DNA of 64,000 nucleotides from Amoebidium appalachense (taxonomy: Eukaryota > Protista > Ichthyosporea). The notes beneath the pieces are model-generated. The model saw nothing but the letters and a program-made list of their open reading frames with translations. It was not told the origin of the DNA and made no database searches. The stretch is taken from assembly GCA_963693365.1 (NCBI GenBank), contig CAVNZM010000009.1, positions 2,668,231 through 2,732,230 of the forward strand. The letters run 5' to 3'. Shown here in pieces: positions 1 through 13,732 of this stretch (its first letter is position 1; each line of letters opens with the position of its first letter). Position numbers and translations under genes: made by a program.

Positions 1-839
1 TTTTTCAGAAACGACCCAATTGCAAACCAAGAGCAAACCAGGGGCTTGGTAAAAATCAATGCATGATATGAAGAAAGGTAAACGATATGATAGCTCGGCC
101 CTGAAGGCCAAAAGGTCAATATGGGGGTCCTACAGCTCGAATTTCATCTATGAAAGAACCAAGCATGAACATACCACCCCTTCAAATTGACTGTCACAAG
201 AACGCCGGCGCAAAAATTCTATCATTATTTGTTTGTTATTGGGTGGAAGGAGAAGGAACAGCACGTGGCGACATTAAACCTGTTTTTCTGACTATCTGAT
301 TGGTGGAAATAGTATGATATTGATACCTTTTTCCGGGGGGGGGGGGGGGGAGAAGGGAAGGGGGGGGGGGGTTGTATTTTAGATTTGAATTTGACGGAAA
401 GAGAAGTAAGTATTTAGCACGATGCCATCTGCACTGTCTGGCAACAGAATGGGCCATTTCTATTACTGTACGGTTGAACTTTTCGTATTGGGTATATCTC
501 CTTGGATATCCAGTGAAGCTATCTCATCGACTATCTCGTTGTGTTTGCGGCAACTGTACTATATATCCATTCTTAGCCCCGTCTGAAACCCCGATCTAAT
601 AAATTTTATGATAGAAAATTGAAAACCCCCATTAGATCAGTCTACCTCTGTAGACTAGAAGCCAATCAAAAACGGCGGCACTCATGCAATGTGCATGACG
701 TCCCTAAAAATGTACGGGATGGATATCACAAAGTTACTTTCTGTAGACTACATATTAACCAATCAGATACGGTAGAGTCGATACCATATATGGTAATATT
801 TGGTAGCCACCTGTTATGTTACAACCTTTTCTTAAACTA

Positions 840-871
<32 letters not shown>

Positions 872-1125
872 ATGCATATATATATTATATATATATTCTC
901 TTTCTGCTCCCATCTCTCTCTTCCCAGACCACCACCACCAACCCTACCTCTCAGCTTTTTTTGTTATTAGTTTCATATCAACGGAAAACGAAATGTAGCC
1001 CGTACTGTATTGTCCAGTGTCTAAAACAGGCTATGCATGCTCATTGATGATTGGTTCAAATGTAAATTAATTCATGTCGGCACATCTCACTAATTATCCT
1101 CTTCATTCTGATTTTCTAACTTCTT

Positions 1126-1174
<49 letters not shown>

Positions 1175-1245
1175 AAAAAATAATAATAATAATAACTAAT
1201 GAATAAAATAAAAATAAATCGAATGAAAACAAATAAAAAATACAG

Positions 1246-1824
1246 GTTGAGTATCGGGCGACACAGAAGAACGTGGCCAGGCGTTTCTACAGCCAAAACA
1301 CGAGCCTATCTTTCGAAAATCGCATGGACGATGCAATCGTATATCGGGATTTCTACAAAGACTCCGGGTGTAATAAAACCTTGGATTATCGTCTCCTGCT
1401 ACGGCCAAAGGGCGGCGGGTGTGTGCGCGCCGACAGGCACTATCGCATGGCGGTGCTTCGTGGGATAGACAAGAGAAATATGTCCATGTATCACACAATT
1501 TACGTGAAAACAGAGGTGATATATGTTGAAATTCCAGAGTATAATGCTCCTGCGGTATGGTTTGCGGGTTTTGATTTTTATTCCGACTCGGAATGTACCA
1601 TAGCAGTCCCGTTTTTCACTCCTATGGATGGAACGGTATTGGCGGATACCGAGCCTGAATATTGCTGGCAGTTGGATAACGGGTACCATAGATATACCAT
1701 TTTGGATAGTGACGGGATAAACGCGTCTTCTTCCGAGCCGTATGCCAGCGATGGTGATGGCCACCCCGGTAAGAGCAAACACGTAGACCAGGTTCTCTTC
1801 TTCTGCTTCTTTTCTTTTTATTTG

Positions 1825-1862
<38 letters not shown>

Positions 1863-2043
1863 CCCCTCTCTTTTCACCTTTTTTGTTTTTACACTGTATC
1901 GGGTAGTGGACTAGGGAGAGAAGGCGGGAAGAATCTTGGGGTTATAATGGTGATAGTAAAATGCATATTGGGTGGGAAATTTGATGAAGGAAGGGGAGGG
2001 GGGGGAGGGGGAGGGGGGCGGGGGGGAGAGACAGTGAGCAAAG

Positions 2044-2132
<89 letters not shown>

Positions 2133-2560
2133 GGAAAAAGCAAAGGGGAGAGGGAGAGAGAGATGGGAAATGCATGCCTTGGAACGGAGCTCCAGACACA
2201 CACACAGACTCTCTTCCCTTCTCTCAGTCACCCATACGCAGAAGTTGTTCACGCACGCGTGTGCACGCACATTCTATTACTCACACACTTTCATGCACAC
2301 ACACACATGCACATGCACACACGCGCGCGCACACACACACACACAGACACACAGACACACAGACACAGACACACACAGACACACACACACACACGAACAC
2401 ACACACACACATGCACACACTCATACACCCAGTTCACCAGACACATTCACCCATGACCACTGACAATTTCTTATAATCCTGCCATCCCCTGCCAATTTAT
2501 GCAATTCCTCCTCTTCCCCTCCCCCTGCCCCCCCCTCCCCCCCCCCTCCCCCCCCCCCCT

Positions 2561-2592
<32 letters not shown>

Positions 2593-2844
2593 TCCTCTCC
2601 CACCCCCCGCCCGCCCGCCCGCCCACCCACCCTTCCCCTCCAAACACACATGTGCACCCACGTCTGCTAGTGGCAGGACCCCTCCTCTTCCCTCTCTTAT
2701 CCCCCTCCACCACCCTTACCCCCCCTCCCTCCCCCCTCCCCCGCCCCCTCCCCCTCCCCCCCCCCCCCCCCCCCCCCCCCCCGGCGCCCCCTCTCTCCCT
2801 CTCTTCCCCTCCCTTTCTCCCCTTCTCCCCCCCCCCTTCCCCCC

Positions 2845-2875
<31 letters not shown>

Positions 2876-4912
2876 ACACACACCACCATCACATCCATAT
2901 GCAGCCAACACCTTGTTCAGTCAGTGGGGTGATTGGAGCCGCTGTGGCTGCAATACCTTTATGAGAACACGTACGTGCACAAGTGGACGCACGTGTGGGC
3001 CGGACTCCGTGTGGGGGGAACACTGCGACGACCCAGAATGCGAGGAGGATGGATTGGGGTGGGTGCAAAGTTTGTTTGTTTTTTTTTGTTTGTTTTTTTC
3101 TCGCCTTTTTTTTTTTTTTTTTTTTTGGGGGGGGGGGGGGGGGTAGAAAAGGAGGGAGGTAAGGGAAGGGGGAGAGGTGGGGAGGGTCCCGGGAGGGGGG
3201 GGGGGGGGGTTGGAGTGCTGTTGGGATTTGTGATGCTTTTGGTTGTATTTCAGCGTGGCTTTGCTAGTCGGGCTGGTTATTTTAAAAACCACCTCTGAAC
3301 CCCCTCTCCCCCCTCCCCCCTCCCTCCTTCCCCCTGCCCTATTTCATCCCTCCTCCCCCTTCCCCCTTCCCCGTGGATCTTCCTTCCACCTCCTTGCTCC
3401 CCCCTGCCCCACCCCCGACCCCCAACCCCCCTCCCCACTGATATTTGCCCTTTTTGTGTATTCATTTTTGCAGAGGCTGCTTTGCGTTGTCTTTTCGTGC
3501 GTTTACCTCGTATCCAATTTTACTTTTTAACCCTCTCCCCCGCTTCCCCCCATCAGGACGTCTACCATTGTTGGAATCATATTGGGTCTTGTTGGTGGGT
3601 TGCTGGTGGGGGGGGCCTTAGCTGTATATTGGCTTATCAGAAGAATAAAAAGGTAGGAACCACCCCCCCCCCCCCCCCCCCCTCCCCCACCCCTTTGTGG
3701 AGGCACAGGAGTGTTGCACCCCCCCCTCCCCCCCCCCCCTCCCCCCCCCCCCCCCCCGCAATGATAATGGATTCTGTTCAAGTATCGTCCTCCCTGCATG
3801 TGTCGGTTGTTTTTTTTTTTTTTCGTGCGTATGTTGAAACGTTTTTCAATGTCTTAGACTACAAGGAGTTACCACCAGCTAGTATGTATGTACTCCCCCT
3901 CCCCCCCCCCCCCCTCCCCCCCCCCCCTCTTTCCCCAATCACTAGCTCTGCTGTCCACCTCCCCATTTCTTCCATTGCCCATCCAAGTAAGAATTGTGTA
4001 TTTACAAGAGGAAAATATAGCAAAGTAAAGAGGATATTGGTAGAGGTTGGTGTGTAATATATTTGCCGATTGTTGACCTAGGAGTAACATAGTCGCATAT
4101 GGTGCTATCAATGAATGACGGCACACACCACAGCCACACACACAACACACATGCACACAGACCCACAGAGGGAGGGAGAGGAGAGGGAGGGAGAGCGGAA
4201 GGGAAGGAGGGATGGGTGGGTGGAATTGGGGGGGGGGGGGGGGCATACATTCAGCCCCTACACCATGTAACCAATTCTCATACCCTCACCCTCCCCACAG
4301 GGCAAAGATAGCCAATCAAAGAGGGTTTCAAAATGTCTACTACAAGGTACCCCACCCTCTCACCACCCTCCCCTATGTGTCCCTCCTCCCCCCCCTCCCC
4401 TCCTCCGCGGGTGTTGCCTTGGAGAAAGGTCAAGAGAGAATGAGGGGTAGTGACGGTGAGAGAGGTGGGGGGAAAGGGAGGAGGGGGGGGTGGGGAGGGG
4501 AGGATGACAGAGAGCAAGGGAAGGAGAGCGTGAGAGAGACTCGAAGAGGGAGAACATGAGAAGTCGAGGGGAGAGAAAGGGGGGGGGGGGGAGGGGGGAG
4601 AGAGGGGAGAGAGAGAGCGAGAGTGTGTGTGTGTGTGTGTGTGTGTGTTAGTGTACTGCGAGTAACTAGTAGAGCCGTGGTCCTCACTATACACACTCAT
4701 TCCCTTTTAGGGAAAGGACAACTTCCCCAAGGAGTTTATGAAGGTAGCAACGCGGGAAGGTATTATCCTCCTTCGCTCCCCCCCTTCATCCCCTCGCATT
4801 ATGACCTCCTCCCCCCCCCCCCCCTCTTCCCCCCCCCCCCAAACCCCAACCCCCCCCCCACCCACATATCTACCACCAACACCATAATGACTACTTTTCC
4901 GTCTTACCTCCT

Positions 4913-4966
<54 letters not shown>

Positions 4967-5120
4967 AAGAAAGAAAGAGAGAGAGAAAAAGAAAGTAGAA
5001 AAAATCCGATTTCATTCGTCGCCGCTCTGGTTTAGAACCATGAATGCATATCTAGGTACACGACGGCGCATTCACACCGGCAACACACACACATATACAC
5101 ACGTGCGCGTACACCCACCC

Positions 5121-5154
<34 letters not shown>

Positions 5155-6454
5155 ACCACCACCACCACCACCACCACCACCACCACCACCACCACCACCA
5201 CACACACACACACGTACCCCCCCCCCCCCGCTTAACACACACCAACAAACACAAAACACGCACACATGCACACACATAGCACAGGCACACCCACGCACGC
5301 AAACAGGGATGGGGTTGGGGGGAGCAGTATGCAAACATGCACACACACATGCCCACACGTTCTGACACTCACCCGCGCATAAACACGCACATATTAGAAC
5401 CCACACACACGGGCAGACAAACTAGAGTCACATGTAAACATGCACACGCAGCACATATATTCTCTTGACACCCGCCACCACACTCAGAACCCACGTTTCC
5501 AACAAACACAACATCACTGTAATCGATCCTACTGATTGAAAGCAATAAACTACCATCAGTATAAGAGAGGACAATTCGCCCAATTTGCCCCGCCTCTGAC
5601 ATCATATTATGTGACAGGGCTTGGAGCACCGGGATTGGTCCATCCTGGCAGGCAGCCGAATGTTCCCATAGCGCACAGCACACTTACCAAAGTAGGAAAG
5701 TTGGGAGAGGGCCACTATGGTGTCGTCTACTTCGGTATATGCCCCCCCCCCCCCCCCCCCCCCACAACAACCAAACAAAAAAATCCGTTTCGCTCCGTCT
5801 CTGTGTATTTTGTGGTGTTTTGTCTTTCGTCTTTTGATGATTTCTCCAATTCCATAGATCCCACTCTCTAATGCATACATCCCCCCCCCCCCCCCCCCCC
5901 CCCCCCAAAAAAGCAAGACTTGACTGAGGGGTTAAAGGATTGAAGCCCAATCTTTATGGAGGCATAGGAAGGCGCCCTGATGATGGCCTCTGTTCATCTT
6001 CTGCCTGCCCAATTGGGTTTAGTCTGTTAAGTTTTATTTTCTTACGTTTTTCCATGTCTTTGCTTACACGATTGTCACTCTCTAATGCATCTATCATCAT
6101 TTCCATCCCTCCCCCCCCCCCCCTCCCCCTCCCCCCCCCCCCCCCCCCCCCCCCCCCCCTTTCTCCCTTTCCTCATCCCCCTCTTTGCCGCCACCCACAA
6201 TTTCCGTCAACCCACACACTTTTCCCCGGGATGTTTTGTGTTTTGTCTCGATGTCTCCTCCTCCATACTTCCAACCCTCTAGTATTGCATGCATCCCCCC
6301 CCCCCCCCCCCCCCCCCCCCCCAGGTCTTATGAAGGAACAGGGCAGTGTGTATGCAGTGGCTGTCAAGGAGCTATGGGATTGCATCTCAGATGAGGCTGC
6401 AGCACTCACACTCAAAGAGGCCGTACGTGTCCCTCCCCCCCCCCTCCCCCCCCC

Positions 6455-6525
<71 letters not shown>

Positions 6526-6533
6526 AGCCTGCA

Positions 6534-6589
<56 letters not shown>

Positions 6590-7130
6590 TTTTTGGATAT
6601 TGTATGTGTACCGCTTTAATTTCGTCTTTTGATGTCTCCGCTTTCAAGATTCCAAAACTTTGACACCCTGTAATGTGTACATTATTTCCCCCCCTCCTCT
6701 CCCTCTCCCCCCCGGATCTCCTTTTCCACTCTTCCTTCTGACCTCAATGGGTTGATTGATTTTCCTGGTAAATGACATTTGCATGTGTGTGTCGGCTTTG
6801 ATAATGATTTAAGGAAAAAGTAATGATGGGAATCCCCACCTCCCCTCGATGTGGGTTTGGTTACCTGTGGGTGCAAATTTCTTTGACCCATTCTTATTGG
6901 TGCAAATTCAATTAACACATTTCTACTGGCACAAAACCGATTGACCCATTTTTCATTGGTTCAAAAATCAGGCGTTGATGGGCGAGCTCGATCATCCCAA
7001 CGTGCTGCGATGTGTCGGGACTACGTCTGAAAAGAGACGCCCACTGATGATAGTGATGGAGTTGATGGGGTTGGGCAGCCTACAGGACTATCTGAGAATA
7101 CGGTGGGTGGGTGTGGGTGTGTGGGTGTGT

Positions 7131-7188
<58 letters not shown>

Positions 7189-7782
7189 TGGGGGGGGGGG
7201 GGGGAGGGAGGGGGGGTGGGGGGTGGGTGGGTGGGTGGGTAGGTGTCTATCTTTGGAGTGCGTGTGTGTGTGTGTGTGTGTGTTTGGGGGGGGGGGGGGA
7301 GGGAGGGGGAGAACTCTCCCCCGGGAGGGAGAGGGGTAGGCTGGGTGGGTGGGTGGGTGGGTGGGTAGTGGGATGCGGGGGAGGAGGGGGGGGGGTCAAA
7401 GTGTGTGTGTGTGTGTGTGTTTGTGTGTGTGTGTTTGTGTGTGTGTGTTTGTGTGTTAGGTGTGTGTACGTGTGCGTGTGAGTGTTTTTTTTGGGGGGGT
7501 GCGGGTGGGGGGGGGGGGGGGGGGGGGGTGGATGGGTTGGCGTGTGAAGCGTCTAAGGGGTTTGGGGTTGAGTTCATGTGAATTCGAGTTTGAGGGGATG
7601 GGGACGTGGCTCAGTGTACTGGTGTGTGAAGGCATGTCTGTGTGTGTGTCTGTGTCACTGTGTGCCCACAAGGTTAAGGTTTACCTTTTCCCACATCCAA
7701 CCTCCCTCCGCCCTCCCTTACTCCCCCCCCCCCCACTTTCCCCCTCCTCCTGCCCAACACCTTTCCACCACACACATGCGCG

Positions 7783-7827
<45 letters not shown>

Positions 7828-7931
7828 CTCGCCCCTCCCCTTCCCCCTCTCCCCCCCTCTCCCCCTTCTCCACACACACAACACACACGCCCCCCCTCCC
7901 CCCCCCCCCCCCCCCCCCAAACCATCCCACA

Positions 7932-7968
<37 letters not shown>

Positions 7969-8205
7969 ATACACAGCAAGAAGAGAGAGCAACCAGTCAG
8001 TGTATCTACCCGTCTCCATGTTGCCTATCAGATCGCACAGGGTATGGCCTATCTATCTTCTAAGGGCCTAGTCCACAGAGATTTGGCAGCTAGAAACTGT
8101 TTGCTGGCCGATGGAGACTCATCAACTTTCGGTAAAAACTCCCCCTCCTCACCTCCCCGTCCCCAACAACCCTATCCCCAATCTTTCCCCCCGATTTCCC
8201 CCCCT

Positions 8206-8237
<32 letters not shown>

Positions 8238-10522
8238 CCCCCTCCCCCCCCCCTTGGGCCCTCCCTGAGGATGGGCTCTGCTTATGACGCATACTGTGCG
8301 CATGGCTGATGCTGCATACTTGAATGTTTGCCTTTGCATGTGTCCTGCACCATGCTTCTCATCGTGTATGCGTACTTCGTACTGTGTTCCGCATTCAAAA
8401 CCCCCCCTGTCTTCTTTCAGAGGTGTCCTTTCAGGACAGACCACTGTGTGGAGACATCTTTACTTCCATGCAACCGGGCATGGTTGCTCTGTGTCGTGCA
8501 TCTGTAAGCACATACGCGTTTGTCGCTGCACTGCATTAGTTTGCACATACATCTTCACCGTTTTGCTCACCTTGCTTGCATAAGCAACCCTGCTCGTCTT
8601 TGATCAAGACGGGTTGACCCACCCAAGTTCAGTTGATGCTGCTGTCTGAGTTGGAGCGTCGTATATACGCGGGCTAAGGGGTCGAAACTCAGACGCAATT
8701 GATGACTTGGGCCCTCCCTGAGGATGGGCTCTGCTTATGACGCATACTGTGCGCATGGCTGATGCTGCATACTTGAATGTTTGCCTTTGCATGTGTCCTG
8801 CACCATGCTTCTCATCGTGTATGCGTACTTCGTACTGTGTTCCGCATTCAAAACCCCCCCTGTCTTCTTTCAGAGGTGTCCTTTCAGGACAGACCACTGT
8901 GTGGAGACATCTTTACTTCCATGCAACCGGGCATGGTTGCTCTGTGTCGTGCATCTGTAAGCACATACGCGTTTGTCGCTGCACTGCATTAGTTTGCACA
9001 TACATCTTCACCGTTTTGCTCACCTTGCTTGCATAAGCAACCCTGCTCGTCTTTGATCAAGACGGGTTGACCCACCCAAGTTCAGTTGATGCTGCTGTCT
9101 GAGTTGGAGCGTCGTATATACGCGGGCTAAGGGGTCGAAACTCAGACGCAATTGATGACTTGGGCCCTCCCTGAGGATGGGCTCTGCTTATGACGCATAC
9201 TGTGCGCATGGCTGATGCTGCATACTTGAATGTTTGCCTTTGCATGTGTCCTGCACCATGCTTCTCATCGTGTATGCGTACTTCGTACTGTGTTCCGCAT
9301 TCAAAACCCCCCCTGTCTTCTTTCAGAGGTGTCCTTTCAGGACAGACCACTGTGTGGAGACATCTTTACTTCCATGCAACCGGGCATGGTTGCTCTGTGT
9401 CGTGCATCTGTAAGCACATACGCGTTTGTCGCTGCACTGCATTAGTTTGCACATACATCTTCACCGTTTTGCTCACCTTGCTTGCATAAGCAACCCTGCT
9501 CGTCTTTGATCAAGACGGGTTGACCCACCCAAGTTCAGTTGATGCTGCTGTCTGAGTTGGAGCGTCGTATATACGCGGGCTAAGGGGTCGAAACTCAGAC
9601 GCAATTGATGACTTGGGCCCTCCCTGAGGATGGGCTCTGCTTATGACGCATACTGTGCGCATGGCTGATGCTGCATACTTGAATGTTTGCCTTTGCATGT
9701 GTCCTGCACCATGCTTCTCATCGTGTATGCGTACTTCGTACTGTGTTCCGCATTCAAAACCCCCCCTGTCTTCTTTCAGAGGTGTCCTTTCAGGACAGAC
9801 CACTGTGTGGAGACATCTTTACTTCCATGCAACCGGGCATGGTTGCTCTGTGTCGTGCATCTGTAAGCACATACGCGTTTGTCGCTGCACTGCATTAGTT
9901 TGCACATACATCTTCACCGTTTTGCTCACCTTGCTTGCATAAGCAACCCTGCTCGTCTTTGATCAAGACGGGTTGACCCACCCAAGTTCAGTTGATGCTG
10001 CTGTCTGAGTTGGAGCGTCGTATATACGCGGGCTAAGGGGTCGAAACTCAGACGCAATTGATGACTTGGGCCCTCCCTGAGGATGGGCTCTGCTTATGAC
10101 GCATACTGTGCGCATGGCTGATGCTGCATACTTGAATGTTTGCCTTTGCATGTGTCCTGCACCATGCTTCTCATCGTGTATGCGTACTTCGTACTGTGTT
10201 CCGCATTCAAAACCCCCCCCCCCCCGCCCGCCCCCTCCCCCTTACCCTTGTAGATGGCTTGGGTCTTCCCTGGGCGCTATGTATGATGCACATTCCGTTG
10301 TGTGCACTCATTTTGCACAATCTGCGATGTGTTTGTCCGTCGTGAATGTGTCCTTCGTACTCTGTAAGGCATCCTAACCTCTCCTTCCCCTCCTCACACA
10401 CCTTTCCCATTACACACACACACACACACACATACACACACACACACCCATACATACACACACACACACACACAACCAACACACACGACATACGCATGCG
10501 CGCACACGCACACATACTCAAA

Positions 10523-10553
<31 letters not shown>

Positions 10554-10703
10554 GTACGCACACGTGTTCACACACACGTGCAGACAACCCCATTGTCAAG
10601 GTTTCAGACTTCGGCATGGCAAGACATATGCTTGGTGACCAATATATCACCTCGAAAAGAGGTTGGTTGCCCCGCCCTCCCCCTTCTCCCCCCTTCCCCC
10701 CCC

Positions 10704-10757
<54 letters not shown>

Positions 10758-11395
10758 ACCACCACCACCACCATCACCACCACCCATTCCGCCCTGCCCC
10801 TCCCCCCCCCCCCCCCCCCCCCCCCCCCCAACCCCTCCCCCAGGCCCCACAAGCCCTTCCGTCACAAGCCCATTCCACCTCCCCATATCCCCATCTCTTC
10901 AGGGTGTTTTCCTTATCAGTCTGTCTGGCTCGATGTTGTAAAAATTGTGGGTCCGAACAGGTTGAAGCCTGTCTGGGCCTGGGCTGAATTTTGGAAACCT
11001 TAAATCTGCGTGTGTTTTGACCCCTCCCTTCTGTCTCTGTGGTTTAGTTACGAACATGAGTGAATGGGCCAAGACTCATTGAGCTAAGGAATGCAACTTG
11101 AGGCGTATGAGCCATTCTGATTGGGTGGTTATTTCAGGAGCCTTGGCGGTGGCGTGGATGGCGCCAGAGGTGATCGTGCAGGGACAGTGCAGCGAATTCA
11201 GTGATGTGTGGAGCTTTGGCGTGGTCATGTGGGAGGTGGGTGCAGGCACATGCACGCAGACACATGCACATACATTCACACACATGTACGCATATACACA
11301 CATGTGCACGGACATGCATGAACACTTGAACTAACACGCAAAAACAGGCGCTCTCTCACACACTCACACACGCACATCCCCCCTCCCTTCCCCCC

Positions 11396-11426
<31 letters not shown>

Positions 11427-11546
11427 ACACACATACACACACACATACACATACACACTCAGGGGGAAAAGGTGGGAAGGGAGGGAGAGGTGGAGAAAGA
11501 CGAAACATACATACACACACACATTCACGCACGCACACACACACCG

Positions 11547-11587
<41 letters not shown>

Positions 11588-12294
11588 ACACACCCCACCC
11601 CCCCGACACACACACACACACATCCATGCACCCACACACACATCCGCAGACGCGCGCGCGCAGACACCCACACGCACACACACACATGCGCACGTGTACA
11701 TCCACACACAGTCAGGGAGAGTAAGAGACTCTACGTATCACAATGGAGAGGCTCCAGGGTTTAATACCTTACCCACAGTATCCCTGTCACATTTACACAC
11801 TGCAAGAAGCACACTCGATCGCTCTGGCTAAGCACACACCCTCAGTTTGTGAGTGCACACCAACCATTGTAACACATGCACGGAAAAATCATTTTGGAAT
11901 GCTTTCGGGAAAATTTACACCTTACCCCTGCCCTCCTTCCCGCCCCTCTTTTTTTTTTTTTTTTTTTTTTTTTGATGTGATCTGACCGAACATGCAAAGG
12001 TTGCATTAACTTCAGGTACCTTTTTTGTTTTTAGACTTCGAGGCCACAAGTGCTATATGCCTGCATGCCTGACTTTTGCCCAATCACAGATATTTATGGA
12101 TGCAGCAACCCCGTTTGCAAGAGAAGATGTAGGATCTCCCCCCGCCCCCTCAACGCACACACACACGCACACACACACACACAAAAGAAAAAGAAAAAGA
12201 AAAAAAAGAAAGGAAAAGAAAAAGGAGGAAGATACGAAGAACTCGAAGAAACAGGGAGCCGGTTTTCTTTTGAGGGCAGGAGGTGGGGAAAGGG

Positions 12295-12338
<44 letters not shown>

Positions 12339-12506
12339 TTGTTAACGTATTTTGTGGTTCGTTTGTATTCCAGATGACAAAGAAAGTGTAGGGGTGTGTG
12401 GTGGGGAGGTCAGGGAAGGAAGAGCCACCCCCGGTCCCTCCATCCCCAACACAATTGCAACACCCTTGCACATGCACCTGCACGTGCGCACACACACACA
12501 CACACA

Positions 12507-12572
<66 letters not shown>

Positions 12573-13128
12573 TTCTGTCCCCCCCCCCCCCCCCCCCCCC
12601 CCCCGTCTGTCTGTCTGTCTATATCCCTCTCCTCCTCCCTCTCCCTCCCCCCACCTCATCCCCACCCCACCCCCCTTCCTCGTTCAAGCTCTTGAGATTT
12701 GCGACAGGGGTAACAGGTTTATCTATCCGATGTCACTAATCATTCATCTAAGTTTTCTTCTCCAATTATCGGGTGGCAACTCTGAAAAGTCTCTTGCACA
12801 GAGGTGCTAAAGACTTATCTACTCAATGGAGTTTTTATATAGTATATATGCTTCCGATCAATGTCATTGCCCATCTTTTATTACACCGTTTATCCAAATT
12901 TCTCTCCCATCTAAATTTCTCATGTATACATATGTCTCATATGTCTAAACTCTCATAATTCCGTATCTCGTATATCTAAATATTTCATATATCGATTTTT
13001 CTGTAATTAAATATCTCATATATCCAAATATCTCCCACAGAAACGTACAGTGGGTCATCGTGTAGCCTCAGGCAACCTTCGGCTTCGCGCCCCTTCAAAC
13101 TGCCCACCAGTACTCTCCCCCTCCCTCC

Positions 13129-13173
<45 letters not shown>

Positions 13174-13685
13174 CATTCTCACCACCATCTCCACCAACCC
13201 CACCCCCACCATCACACAACGCACACGCATCCGACACAGACGCAGCCTACTAACTAAACTCCTTCAAACACTCGTTTTGCATAAATGGCCTATACTTTAT
13301 ATTGACAAGTAAGAATCGATACAAACTTCTTGGATATTTGGTGTGTGTGTTTGCTGTGGGGGGGGGGGGGGGGAGGGGGGGGAGGGGGGAGAGGGCAGGG
13401 GGACGGGGAGGCGGGGAGGCGGAGGCGGAGGCGGAGCGGAGGGGGGGGGCGGGGGGGGGAGGTGGGCGGGAGAGGGCAGGGGGAAGGGGAGGCGGGGAGG
13501 TGGAGGCGGAGCGGAGGGGGGGAGGGGGGGGGGGGGGGGGGGGGGGGGTGAATGGAAGGATGCTGCATGGAGGTGAATATTGCTGTTTCATTTGAGCTCA
13601 AGAATGGACCCACATTTACGCCCTTGCACATGCACATACTCATGGCTTGCATGTGCGGACACACGTGCCACACACACACGCGCGC

Positions 13686-13732
<47 letters not shown>

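Noticed and set aside
3608-3616. Possible frameshift in the G-run of the RTK TM exon
   Set aside because: Using the 4759 donor makes all downstream exons phase-compatible without invoking an error.
8613-8685. HDV-like ribozyme (GACCC/GGGTC as P2, CTAA as J4/2)
   Set aside because: The would-be P1 5' strand lies downstream of P2, the P3/L3 spacing is too long, and the catalytic C is absent in v2 (GGAA) and v3 (TGAA).
8632-8722. Box C/D snoRNA or SECIS (TGATG..CTGA..TGATGA..CTGA)
   Set aside because: The first C box is not conserved in v2/v3, the D'-like CTGA is buried in a covarying helix, and there is no apical AA for a SECIS; kept only as a K-turn-like possibility.
8254-10212. CRISPR array or rDNA/5S/snRNA cluster
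   Set aside because: There are no unique spacers; the brief resemblance to 5S (CTCGTC..GATC) and RNase P P4 (GTCTGAG/TCAGAC) does not extend to the rest of those RNAs.
8284-10377. Repeated 99-, 71- and 97-aa ORFs in the 453-bp array as proteins
   Set aside because: They start at non-conserved positions, are not preserved in the second subfamily and show no recognisable domain; conservation follows RNA pairing rather than codons.
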